This document shows positions 51,820 through 64,000 of a stretch of DNA of 64,000 nt, piece after piece (the first letter of the stretch is position 1; each line of letters begins with the position of its first letter). The DNA comes from Octopus bimaculoides (lineage: Eukaryota), in assembly GCF_001194135.2 (NCBI RefSeq), contig NC_068986.1, positions 74,763,620 to 74,827,619 on the forward strand, given 5' to 3'. Under the pieces are notes generated by a model. That model was not told the origin of the DNA. It made no database searches and worked only from the letters and a program-made list of their open reading frames with translations. A program made the position numbers and the translations under genes.

Positions 51820-52480
51820 ATTGACTTTCTTTAGATTCTCACGCGACCACGAGGAAACATATGCATCTGGTGGATGAAACGAAGGTTTGAAGTATTCACA
51901 CATGATGGAAATGTAGTCTATCTTTGAAAATTTAAAATTGTACAGCAATTTTCTCATATTTTTCAAACAATAACTGAGTATGGTATTTAGGTATAGAGGT
52001 ATACGAGATCATGTTTGTGGGGAAGTATAACTAGGATGCACCAGTGTCCTGTCGGCTTAGAAATAATGAGGGTATATGGCGTGGTGGTTTTAGTGAGGTC
52101 TACCTTCTCCTCACTAAAAAAAAATGAAGATTTATCTTCAACCAGAGATAAAGGATTGGAATTTATGCTCATGAAGCTCTGGAAATCCATAACTCTTCAG
52201 ATTTTGATACCAAGAAATTCCTAATTCACCACTCACGGCATTATTAAAGCTTGAGCAATAAATCTCTCTTCTTCAAAGTACACAGGATTTATCTTCCTCA
52301 GAACCAGCATAAACCATTAGGTATAAGTTCAGTTAGACATACATGAGTGGATACTAGGAAGTAAAGAATATCACCCTTCAAATTTATCGATATTAACAAC
52401 ATCTGCCCATGAAAAGATGTTGGTATTATTCTCTTTAATCTTTTCTTTACTTTTTCCATACGAATGCATTAACACATAAT
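51820..52480 (-). mobile_element. PLE N-terminal/RT-start remnant
   Basis: Minus strand PNGL..F..RKINP-like block (~52290-52330) and LIISKP.G...VIL.KHD (ORF 51987-52190), resembling PLE LxxGLxF and I.KPDKG.G.VIL.K.DY. Confidence 0.5.
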
Positions 52481-54296
52481 ATTTAAATTCAAATTCTAGC
52501 TTCGTCTGCAATATTCTTAAACCTCATTTCTTGTCCTGAACTTTTCCACGTTTAATTAGGAATATAATCACCCGTGCATCTACGTTTTATCTGCTTGTAC
52601 ATTCCTTTTACAAGCTGTAAAAAAAAAATCATTAATGTGACAAGACATTAAAAGTATAAATGGTAAAACAAAATTTAATTTTCTTTTTACAAAATGTTCA
52701 AAGTATTGTAAAAAAGAAAAAGTAAATTTATTAATTGATGTAAAGTAAATTATATAAAAATGTCAACGATGAATTCCAGACGAAGGCGAAAACGCCAAGA
52801 TAGCAGCAGTAGCTGAATTAAATAAGGCCGCTCAAAGAGAGGTGAAAGAGGTGCAGCAATTATGAGGCGAGCGCTTTGAGGCAAAAGAAGCCTGAACACG
52901 TTCACACTTTTTAGAAACTATGAAGACTCACTCTAACTTCCATAGATTAGGCATTAGATTCACTTGACGCCAGTCATATAAAGAAAGCAACAGACGGACA
53001 GATAATTGATGCTTTTCATATTTTCTTGAATCTTGTGATGATATTTGATAGTTTTTGCCCTGTACTCTGCTGCTTTTGTCGCATCCAGACATGATGATCG
53101 AGAGGTGACTGATAGAAAAACGAGCGGAAGAATAACCCACTGCTCCATCTTCCGCAGGACATTTTCGTGTAATTCATTTTCATTCATTTGAACAATTTTG
53201 CCATGTTTATTTATCTCTATATGTTCGATATCATCAGACTCCGGATTTAATTCCACAACCTATTATAAGAAGCATGAAAATTAAAGTATGCCAACGATAT
53301 TCGTTATTAAAAATATTGGTGCCTATTTTCATGAGATTAAAAACGCCATTTTGAATAACTAGTTCATTTATTGTCAATTTCTTTTTACATTATATTATAA
53401 ATTTTTTACATTATATTGTAAAATATAATTATAGTCATAAATAATATTAGATCTGAAGCTGATGTCCAAGATTAGTTTACATGCATCCAAGGAACACAAA
53501 AAAAACATGTAAAAGATAATGACAAGGAAAGAGATTTTTTAAAATCTTCGAAAAAAAAACAAACTAGGGAATGTATAGAATAACCAGAAGAATCTACAAA
53601 AACTAGCTTATCTAGTCAAAAATATTAGTAAAATTCTAAGCTATGACAATTTCTTAGAGGAAAATAATTAAACCAGGTTGTTGTTTTTTTTTTGTTTTTT
53701 TTTTCAAGAGAATCTGGTAAAAGAAATGAAATAAGTAACAAATTAAAGGAAAATCACTGAGATACCGAACCTATGGTTTTATTCATGTATACATTCTCAG
53801 ACAATAGGGAAAAACTGTCCGCTAATGTTAGCAATATGTTGGACTTGCAGATATTTAATAAAAGACGCAGTCAGGTACAGAAAGAGAAGACTCTATAGTA
53901 AAAAAGTCTTTTTAGAAGCAACTTGCAACTACAGAGTTTCGGGTTCAGTCACACACTGCGCAGCACCCTCAGTTGACTGATATCTTGTGAAGTAATTTGT
54001 ATGAAATACCGTATATTTATCACTTAAAAAACAAAAGCAAAAAAAAAAGAAAGAAATTTGAAGGAATTGGAAACAAAAACAAGTGGTGTGGTAAAAATTG
54101 GAAAAGCTATTGAGCTTGGGGCAGAATCTTAATCTCTACAATTAAAATAAAATTTTTGAAAAACAAAATAATGAAAGAAAATTGAATGGGGAGCGTATCT
54201 GATAAATCTAGGAACTTATTCCACTTTTGAATTGTTTATACTCAGTAACTACTTGTAGAGGCCATCAATACTTTCTTTGGCTACTACTGTTCACTT

Positions 54297-54345
<49 letters not shown>

Positions 54346-55139
54346 GTGTGTTTGTGCGTGTGTATATGTGCGTACCCCCCCCCGCGCGTGTGTGTGTGCA
54401 AGTACATAAAGGCGTAATTACAATTTGGTACCCCATCGATCACCCTCGTATCTGACCTTTTTTTGCCTCATAACTATACTTCAAAGTTTTGATGGGATGA
54501 TTCCTCTCATCGAGATTTTTCACTAAAACTTAAACTGAGCAAATTATTTTTTTAAACTAACAGAAAACGGATGCTTAAAGACAGCAGGTGTTACACTTAT
54601 TCCAATTTAGCCCCATTTTTGCTATAATTTTCTTATGCTTATTATATCAATTTTGCTGCAGATTTTAGAATTAGATTTCACTCATTGAAATTCTCCACTT
54701 AAATTTTCTTTTATATGCCTCTGATATATGATGTTAAATATATAAGTTAAATACAACACCAGACGGTTTTCCCCTTCCAATTCGGCAATTTTCGTAATTC
54801 CCACATCTATGAATTTGATGCTTGCTATTAATAAAGTTTCCTAAACATACCCGAATCTTTAATTAAAAATATTCATTGGGAGAATCATAAGTTCTATACA
54901 AGCATTTTGAGCATCCCCACTCACCAGTTTTAATTAGTGACACTTTAAAACACAAGATTTTGAAGTTCAGGTTTATATCTGGTCTTCTAGATAATCCCTG
55001 GTTACCTTTTTTTTTCAAGGGTTTTTCTAACGATGAAACCTCGGTCATATACACATCAACATTCTAAAATACTAAATTAATTTGTCTAATTAGAACTTAG
55101 GAAAACTATCCTTATTTCATCGAACCCAAAATGGTAAAA

Positions 55140-55250
55140 GCCAAAGTTCACCTCGCCGGGACTGGAACTCAAAACACCAGGAGCCGGACAAAATGCTGCT
55201 AAGAATTTTGTCTGATGCTCTAACGGTTTTCTTCCAGCCTACTGCCTTGG
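55140..55250 (-). mobile_element. SINE head (11652 family)
   Basis: Reverse complement aggcagtaggctggaagaaaaccgttagagcatcagacaaaatt. Confidence 0.65.
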
Positions 55251-55992
55251 TTTCAGTACTGTAAATACCGCAAGCTTACATTTCTAAATTCTAACGTATC
55301 TGCTCAGATTTTATAGAATTTTCTTGAAGAATGCAGCATTTAAGCGCACACGAAATTTGGCCTGGTTAAGAAAAGATTTGAAGAAAGCTACAGAATGATA
55401 AAATAAACCAGCAAACATTTTATGACACGGGCTTTCTTTGATTTTAGGAGTGTGTTCTCTGGATTCAGAATGTTGTTTTGGGATCCCACTAACCCTCTAT
55501 ACGACTCTGCCATAGTGATATGCCAACTAAAACAATACGATGGTATTTTTATTTTCCCATTCTATTTTTATTTTTGGAACTGTTTGCTGTCGTATACGAA
55601 CCACACAAGTTATGCCAATCTAATGAGCTCTTTCATCTATTATTTTCGACCTGGTATACTTCCAACACCCTAACTATTTCTAGGTGTTACCTACTTTTTA
55701 ATTCTCCATTTATCTTAGATACGTATAGAGGTCAGTATGAATTCAACACTCTTTTTGTGTAGATCTATCACGCTTTGCAAGATGCTGAATATTTAGACTG
55801 GCTGCAATTGAAATTATTTTTTTTCTTTTGACCTAATTTTGTAATAAATAACTGGTTTATTCGCCTCCTTTAATTTTTATTGAAACCGTTTTTATTCATG
55901 AACTTCTTCACGTAAAAGTCTTACTTTAGCAAGTCACACACACACACACACACACACACTTATTAGGAGAGAGAGTGAGAGAGAGAAACAAA

Positions 55993-56026
<34 letters not shown>

Positions 56027-56774
56027 AAAGAGGGGAAAGGGAGACAGAGAGAGAGAGAAAGGAATCAGACAGAGGTATGAATATCTGTACAAGGAATTGC
56101 GTTGAGGGAAGCTCTAAAGTCGATTTCTTATACGTTTTCGGAGATTTGATCCGAATCATAATCTCTAATACAGGAGCAGAGACAAAGTTAAAATAACTCC
56201 AGTGTTCAAGTTGTATTTATTTTATTGACTCCAGAAAGATGAATAATAGAATAAATACTGGTTTGATTTGAACGCAGAATGCATAGATATGCACTAAGTA
56301 CTACATTAAAATGTTTCAATTCTTACTGATTCTGCAAATCCCACCCACGCTCTCCATTTGCTCATAATACCGATTTTTGTTTTAACGTAGAGACATGTCC
56401 TCCGATTTCGAGATTGGGAATAGTTGATTATATCGAGCATTGCACACGACAGTATTTTATTTCATCGACACCGTTAAAATTTAAACATATAATCTAAAGG
56501 GAAGTATCAAAAGTATTGCAAAATATTTGTCTGATGCCCAACCAATTTCCACAACCCATCATCGTCCTGTTCATCACAAAGTTGACCTTACTAAAACATA
56601 AAAGCAACTCTTTCTTATTATGTAATACACTATATGTCTAAAGGGTTCAGGATCCAATCACGAGGAAAAGGATTAATACAGCAGTCAGGATTACGACAGC
56701 GGGGTATTTCGATATTGATACGTGCTTCCATACATACATATGTCTGCGTATGAGTGTGTGTGTATATATATGTG

Positions 56775-56810
<36 letters not shown>

Positions 56811-56829
56811 CTCTTTTATTTTTATTCGG

Positions 56830-57065
56830 TTCAATCATGCGGTTGTGGTCATGCTGGAGACCACCGTGGTCTTTCAGATTTCTCAGTCTGGTGTGTTCAC
56901 ATCACCACTCCTGTACGTGTCTTTATCCCAGCTGTTGGCGCATTTGGTGTATAAGTGAGTTTCATTCCGCTGCTCTTCTCTGTACTTTATGTTGGACAGC
57001 TGGTTCATCAGGTATTGTGGAGAGGAGAATGTTTAGTTCCTTTTTGAGGGAAACTACTTCCACCT
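56830..57065 (-). mobile_element. CR1/L2-like LINE extreme 3' end
   Basis: Minus strand KKELNILLSTIPDEPAV....RRAAE*NSLIHQ followed by short UTR and aataaaaataaaa. Confidence 0.65.
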
Positions 57066-57883
57066 TATGAATTATATATATATATAAATATACATACATA
57101 CATTACTAAATACATATTTAAATGTGTGCGGGTGTGAGTATATATGTATGTGTGTATGTGTATATAAATATATACACAAGTATGTATGTATGCGTGTATA
57201 CGCACATATTCATACACAGACATGCGTGCACACATATATATATGCATATATACACATACATTCATACATATGTAAGTGTGTATATATGTTTGTGAGTATA
57301 TATATGTGTATGTATGCAAGCGTGTATGAATAATATGTCTATTTATCTTTGTGTATGGGCATGTAAATTGATGTGTCGACTTACGTTTTAGTCCCTAAGC
57401 TCAACTGAAAATAGAAATCAATAAATAATTAGTAGACCAAAATAATCATTGGAGTCGATATAATTTACTAAAACTTATGAAGGCTGTGCCAAAGTCCAGT
57501 GACTGCAAACAGTAAAAAGAATGAGAGAAAAAGAATTTCCAAACTCACGCTTTTGCCTCTAGAATTTATTGGAAACCTCTTATTGAGATCATTTTGGTAA
57601 AGTCTTTTCGATAACCATAACCGTTTGATAACAATAAGCAGACGACCTAGATAACAATATCGTGATATTTGTTTCAAACAAGCAAATAAATCTTATTTCA
57701 TTTGAATCCTTTAGCATTTAAACCGGCCATATCCAGCCCAAACATGCAACTTGTTTTATGTTCTTGCCAGCCAGATCCAGCCTATCACACTCTTTAATGC
57801 TATTATAAAATATACAATCACGTCGTTATAATTTCGAAGCGGCAAAATATTGCATGATTAATTAAAAACAATATGAAGGTGCA

Positions 57884-58210
57884 TTGATCAGTGATTAAAG
57901 CGACGGGCTCACAATCATGAAGTAGTGAGTTCGATTCCCAGACCGCGCTGTGCATTGTGTTCTTGAGCAAGACACTTTATTTCACGTTGCTCCCGTTCAC
58001 TCCGCTATAGAAATGAGTTGCGACATCAGAGGTGCCAAGCTGTATCGGCCTTTGGCTTCGATAACGTCGGTAGCGTGAAGAGGGAAGGCTGGTATGCATG
58101 GGCAACAGTTTGTCTTCCATAAACAATCTTGCCCAGACTTGTGCCTCGGAGGGGAACATTCTAGGTGCAATCCCATGGTCATTCATGACCGAAGGCGGTC
58201 TTTACCCTTT
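57884..58210 (+). mobile_element. tRNA-derived SINE, full length (20334 family)
   Basis: gagttcgattccc B box; tail catgggtcattcatgaccgaaggcggtctttacccttt. Confidence 0.88.
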
Positions 58211-58623
58211 TTAATTAAAAACAATGTGAATGAAAGAGCATTACATTTGATAGAAAAATCTGAACGCTAAAAGGTCAAACAAAGTGTTTGTGTCCCACGG
58301 ATAGTATTATATGTGATCATAATAAATGGCTTCCATCTTATTTGTTTCATATGAGTGAAACATGCCACTTGACATAAATGGTGCTAAGAATGTTATCTTG
58401 TCAGGACTGCTGTTAGCGTTGCCGTATGCCTTTCATCTACAGTTGAAAATTCTCATCATATTTATTACTCATTGCCCCTCCAATTCTGTTCCCATCGGAA
58501 CGGTATATCACAGACTATAGTAACCACTTCAAGTGAGGCCATTGTAAAAAAGAATGTATGAATCATTACATCCGGATTGAGAAAAATGTGGTTAAAAAAA
58601 TAGCAACCACACACACATACGCG

Positions 58624-58676
<53 letters not shown>

Positions 58677-59629
58677 NNNNNNNNNNNNNNNNNNNNNNNN
58701 NNNNNNNNNNNNNNNNNNNNNNNNNNNNNNNNNNNNNNNNNNNNNNNNNNNNNNNNNNNNNNNNNNNNNNNNNNNNNNNNNNNNNNNNNNNNNNNNNNNN
58801 NNNNNNNNNNNNNNNNNNNNNNNNNNNNNNNNNNNNNNNNNNNNNNNNNNNNNNNNNNNNNNNNNNNNNNNNNNNNNNNNNNNNNNNNNNNNNNNNNNNN
58901 NNNNNNNNNNNNNNNNNNNNNNNNNNNNNNNNNNNNNNNNNNNNNNNNNNNNNNNNNNNNNNNNNNNNNNNNNNNNNNNNNNNNNNNNNNNNNNNNNNNN
59001 NNNNNNNNNNNNNNNNNNNNNNNNNNNNNNNNNNNNNNNNNNNNNNNNNNNNNNNNNNNNNNNNNNNNNNNNNNNNNNNNNNNNNNNNNNNNNNNNNNNN
59101 NNNNNNNNNNNNNNNNNNNNNNNNNNNNNNNNNNNNNNNNNNNNNNNNNNNNNNNNNNNNNNNNNNNNNNNNNNNNNNNNNNNNNNNNNNNNNNNNNNNN
59201 NNNNNNNNNNNNNNNNNNNNNNNNNNNNNNNNNNNNNNNNNNNNNNNNNNNNNNNNNNNNNNNNNNNNNNNNNNNNNNNNNNNNNNNNNNNNNNNNNNNN
59301 NNNNNNNNNNNNNNNNNNNNNNNNNNNNNNNNNNNNNNNNNNNNNNNNNNNNNNNNNNNNNNNNNNNNNNNNNNNNNNNNNNNNNNNNNNNNNNNNNNNN
59401 NNNNNNNNNNNNNNNNNNNNNNNNNNNNNNNNNNNNNNNNNNNNNNNNNNNNNNNNNNNNNNNNNNNNNNNNNNNNNNNNNNNNNNNNNNNNNNNNNNNN
59501 NNNNNNNNNNNNNNNNNNNNNNNNNNNNNNNNNNNNNNNNNNNNNNNNNNNNNNNNNNNNNNNNNNNNNNNTAGAACGTAAAGACAGACGAAATGCCGCC
59601 AAGCATTTTGTCCGACGTGCTAACAATTA

Positions 59630-59657
59630 ATAAAAATAGATAATACTAATAATGATG

Positions 59658-59720
<63 letters not shown>

Positions 59721-59740
59721 GTAATAATAATAATAATAAT
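59630..59740. repeat. (AAT)n microsatellite
   Basis: Direct read. Confidence 0.95.
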
Positions 59741-60289
59741 GAGATATTTAACGACTGGGATCGCTAGAATAATTGCCAGTCAAGTATTGGGGTCGATCTA
59801 GTCGTTCTATTCCTCTGTCAAAAATCGATGGCCTAGTGCCAAGCTTAGAAAATCGTTTCCATTGCCTCAAACAATGACAGCCATCATCTAATAAGCACAT
59901 TATACGTCATAGAATAACAAGTCAGACCTTTTGGTTTGACCTGCAGTACATTCATCGAAGTTCGAAGACTTCCACAGGAATCTCAGTCCTACGTGACTTA
60001 TACAACACGACCACTTCACATCTTAATAGCCAAACTTTTTCATTTCGCTTCTACTTCCGCCTCTATTTACTCTTCTACTTACTCCTTCTTCTGGTTATTC
60101 TTCGTTCGTAACTTTTATTTCTCTGCTTTTTACTTTAACTCCGCCCCCTTTATTTTTATCTGCTCGTTTTGTAGTCGTCCTCATACCTCCTTTTTTCCGC
60201 TTTCTCTCTTGATATTTTCGGTTTTTCTTGTTCTTTTGGTGGTTGATAATAATGATAATACTTATTACTCTCTCCTCTTTTTAACGATT

Positions 60290-61775
60290 TAAATATCAGG
60301 CCAACTGGTAATGGATGCCTTCTCGATTGACTACTTGTCCTCTTCTCATGACTAACATTGCACACTTATCTATCCCAAATTCCGTGCTTATATCTTTGCT
60401 GAAGAGTCTAACAGTCTGTATTAACGAATCTATCACTTTATTCTTACTAAAAAGCTTTAGATCATGCATGTAGAGCCAATGGTTAATTTTTCCCTTACAC
60501 TTTCTAAACTGGTACTCTGCCTTTGCCTTCCCTAATACTAAACTGAGGGGGATCAAACATAAGACAAATGTTAAAGGGAACAACGAGTTCCCCTAGAAAA
60601 TTCCTCTTTTGAAATTAACTTTCCCAAAGAGTGTGTCAACTGAGTAGAGATCTACTTTTCATTTCTTCACGCTACAACTAATTAATTCTCTTATGCCTGT
60701 TATACTGAACATACTCAAACATTCACTTATCCATGAGTGTGAGATCATGTCATAGGCTTTCCTATAATCTATACATGCTTTTGCTAGATTTTCCTTCCTG
60801 GCTTTTACTTCGTTTAGAACTGTTTTGTTTATGTATAATAGATCGTGCGTTCTTCTAGTCTTCTTCCTGAAACCTTTCTCTTCTTCTGGTAGTAAATTCT
60901 GGCTGTCAAGGTGCTCGTAAATGCTTTCTGAAATCATTTCTGTTAACAGCTTCCACACTAATGTCTAAAGTTGCTAGCTGCAATACCTTTACTCTTATCT
61001 TTCATAATGAGTATTGTCCTTCCTCTAGTCATCCAATCTGGTATTATTCATCCATTCAGGCAATCCTGAAGTTGTTGCCTCAACCTCCCATGTAAACTAT
61101 TAAATTTTATAGTCAGTATCCTTGTACTAAATCTGGTACTGGGCTCTTCCAATTCGGCATTTTCCTAACACTTTACTCATTAAAGCACTAGTTAATCTTA
61201 GATCTGGCTGATTCTCACTCACTTTCCTCTCTTTCTTTAACCACACTGCAGCTCCATTATGATTGACTGGTGTATCCCAAATATTACTCTAGACCTTTCT
61301 AGCTTCTTCTGCATTAAGTTTCTCATCTTCATTACTTTGTTCTCCACTATTTATTTGGTTACAAAATTACCTCCGTTCTGTCTCAAACAATTTATTCTGT
61401 TGTTATAGATCTATTTTTTTCTAATATCTGGAAAGCTTACCTGCTACTGCTATGATACGCCATTTCAACCCTTCTAGTACTATTCCAAATCCATTCACTT
61501 AGACTAAATGTCTTTTTTTTTTCGAGGGAAGATTTGCATCTTATGTTTCCTAATTTGTTTGTTTTCCAGGCTTCGATTATACTCAGATCTTCTCTTAAAG
61601 TCTTCACTTTATTTTGTAGTTCTCTTTTCCACATTTGCTCTTTTTAAATCTTTCCCTGTGAGTTATCTAATCTTCGGGTGGCTACTATCCTCTCCCGAAA
61701 AGATCAGTACGTTAGTGTCTCCTATATTTTTAGTATCTATCCGACTGATAACAGAATCTACTTGTGCCAAATAAA
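60290..61775 (-). mobile_element. R4/Dong-type LINE fragment B (N-terminal region to RT domains), truncated at both ends
   Basis: WKRELQNKVKTLREDLS; MWKLLT..ISESIYEHL....LLPEEEKG.RK; IDYRKAYDMISHSWI; INHWLYMHDLKLFSK...FSKDISTEFGIDKCA. Confidence 0.9.
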
Positions 61776-61785
61776 TGAAATCATG

Positions 61786-63230
61786 ATAATAATAATAATA
61801 TTCACTAGTTTTAATTTTTTATCGTGCTTTCACTTCACTACCGAGCGCAGCTCTGTGTGCCTTGGGTATGTGCTGTGGTTTACTGTGATGCTCTTATGGT
61901 TACTGTATTGAAAGTGTTTTGCGTAGGATGTGTGCAGTGCTCAGTAGTGCAATTTTCTGTATGTTATATATATTTGTAAGTCCTGGTATCTTTGTTATGT
62001 ATTTGTCTGAATATTTTTTTATCATACCTAATGCGCCTACTATGATAGGAATTGTTTCTGTTTTTAGATTCCACATTCGAGCTATCTCTATTTCCAGGTC
62101 TTTGTATTTTGAAAGTTTCTCCATTTCTTTTCGAGAAATATTGTCATCTGCTGGTATTGATACATCAATTAGAAAGCATTCTTTTTTCTTCATGATCTCT
62201 GACAACTACATCTGGCCTATTGGCTTTAATTTCTCTATCTGTGTGTATTGGCATATCCCAGAGTATGGTTGCTTTCTCGTTTTCTGTGACCTTTTTCTGG
62301 CGTGTGCTTATTCCATCTTTTTTCTGTTGTTATTCCATAGTGTTGGCATAGCTTCCAGTGTATGTAGGTCCCAGCTCTGTCGTGTCTGTGAATATATTCC
62401 TTCTTAGCCAGGAGTGGACAGCCAGAGATAATATGATTTATTGTTTCTTGTCCATCTCCATCTATTCTGCTGTTACTTGTTATATCTCTTTTCATTATAT
62501 GTCTTTGGTAATTTCTTGTGAGGAGGCTTTGGTCTTATGCTGCAATTAAACATCCTTCAGTCTCTGCTTTGAGTCCTGAGCTTCTCAACCATTGCTGGGA
62601 TTTTCCTCTGTCTGTTTCTTTTGCATTTAGTTTAGCCCAGTATTTGACATGAAGGGACTTTTCTTGTCATAGTTTTATTATGGTCCGTTGGTGTTCTAGT
62701 TTTAGTTTGGATTTCATTTGATTTATAGCTTTTTTTTTCTTCTTCTTCTTCTTCTTCTTCTTCTTCTTCTTCTTCTTCTTCTTCTTCTTCTTCTTCTTCT
62801 TCTTCTTCTTCTTCTTCTTCTTCTTCTTCTTCTTCTTCTTCTTCTTCTTCTTCTATTTCATATTTGTTAGATAGTATGATTTCTTGTTCGTAATTGTCAG
62901 CTTCCTTAAATACTGAAAACAGTTTTTTGTTTTGTTCGTGTTTTGTGGCTATTTGTATTAGTTTTCCTCGCTTCTGAAGTAGGTATTTTTGTAGTCCTAT
63001 GTTGGTTATTTTATAATAGTTTTCCAGCTGTATAAGGCCTCTACCATTTTCTATACGTTGTATATATGGCCTTTCTATATCAGATTTTGGGTGGTGCATC
63101 CTAGATCCTATCAGTATTTTTCTTGTTTTCCTGTCTATTTTGGTAAGTTCATTTAGTGTCCAGTTAAGGATATTGTATCTGTAACTTATAACTGGGACGG
63201 CTAAAGTGTTAATACCTATTAAGACAATAG
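61786..63230 (-). mobile_element. R4/Dong-type LINE fragment A (RT end, zinc knuckle, RLE, 3' UTR)
   Basis: INTLAVPVISY; MHHPKSDIERPYI.R..NGRGL; ETINHIISGCPLLAKKEYIHRHD; CFLIDVSIPADDNISRKEMEKLSKYKDLEIEIARMW; same family as 536-958. Confidence 0.92.
62737..62853. repeat. (TTC)n / (GAA)n microsatellite inside LINE ORF
   Basis: Direct read; translates to poly-Glu in ORF 62632-63099. Confidence 0.97.
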
Positions 63231-63379
63231 CGCACGTGAGGTCTATGAAAGTAACTTTCCTTTGTTTTTAGCACCACCTTCTACATCGCAAAACAACAGG
63301 AATCAATGACAACAACTAGTAACATAAGCACACTTCAACCTACCCGCCACGCTGGCGGTAGCAGCAAGCCCAAAACCAC

Positions 63380-63635
63380 CACAACAATCACCACCCATCT
63401 CATTAACAAATAAGACATGAGAGAAAACTAACCACGCAAATCCACCCTTAGCGAGTTTGATTTCACGCAAGCGATAAAGCAAGTAAACGAAGACATTTTT
63501 ATAAACGAGAGTGTGGAAGTAAGATTCGCCTCAGAGGAGAAGGCCAAAAATCATTCAAGGGCAACCCTAACGAGTGACGAATTCATCCTTTTCCACTCTA
63601 CCATGGTCGAAGAGTATTCAAAGTCAAAAAAAAAA
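63380..63635 (+). mobile_element. Possible LINE ORF1-like remnant
   Basis: Complex open stretch EFDFTQAIKQVNEDIFINESVEVRFASEEKAKNHSRATLTSDEFILF; family not recognised. Confidence 0.3.
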
Positions 63636-64000
63636 AGCATCTGTTGGTTGGTGGCTGCGATTCTCTTCGACATAGAAGAGAAAACTACTATTCTGCGAAT
63701 GCAGAGTACGCAGAAGCAATACATACATACATACGTACATACATACATACATACATACATACATACATACATGTATAAGTATACACACACGTATATACAT
63801 ACATACATGTATATGTACGTATGCATGAGTCTATGTATATGTACGTCTTTGCGTAGGTGTGCGCGCGCATTCTGGAGTTTTGTTTATGCATACATTTGCA
63901 TTCTCTTTGAATATGCTCCCTATACAGGTTATCTCTATTTCTAGATCTTTATATTTTCATAGCGTCTTATTTGCTAGCAAAGACATAACGTACGCTGATA

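Noticed and set aside
52770-52820. cagacga-a-ggcg-aaaa-cgcc-aaga hammerhead look-alike
   Set aside because: Both core boxes deviate; only a 4-bp stem supports it
52960-53256. 98-aa minus ORF (MELNPESDD...)
   Set aside because: No recognisable motif or splice context; cannot be supported as a gene
56985-57015. ctgatga on the minus strand
   Set aside because: It encodes IPDEP in a LINE 3' end; no GAAA or helices follow
966-59626. All long ORFs rich in X, or in poly-HT/CV/IY/N/D/L/Y runs
   Set aside because: Artefacts of N gaps and microsatellites

Overview
AT-rich, gap-riddled, repeat-dominated animal genomic DNA. The SINE types, compound microsatellites and LINE content look like an octopus/cephalopod scaffold (inference). 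No intact host gene, rRNA, tRNA gene or CRISPR array could be supported. The window holds decayed retroelements: about ten Penelope-like element (PLE) remnants with RT and/or GIY-YIG motifs, five R4/Dong-type (RLE) LINE pieces sitting in or next to (TAA)n tracts, an RTE piece and a CR1/L2-like 3' end. It also holds a mariner transposase fragment, many tRNA-derived SINEs, three short-TIR MITEs and five long foldback/palindromic elements. The most interesting signal is a set of minimal type I hammerhead ribozyme motifs linked to PLE-like ends: one with an intact canonical core (16036-16093), two pointing to a G3-C8 core variant (4027-4074, 15707-15755), and two decayed ones with intact cores (31992-32071, 51591-51640). 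A perfect 18-bp hairpin with a cUACGg loop lies in the 5' region of an R4-like LINE. N gaps at about 1055-1612, 10967-11450, 12035-12181, 13959-14475, 15811-15844, 35454-36374, 37161-37578, 38800-38905, 39323-40039, 47400-47460 and 58677-59571 produce the long X-rich ORFs in the track. All alignments were done by eye; boundaries of decayed elements are approximate.
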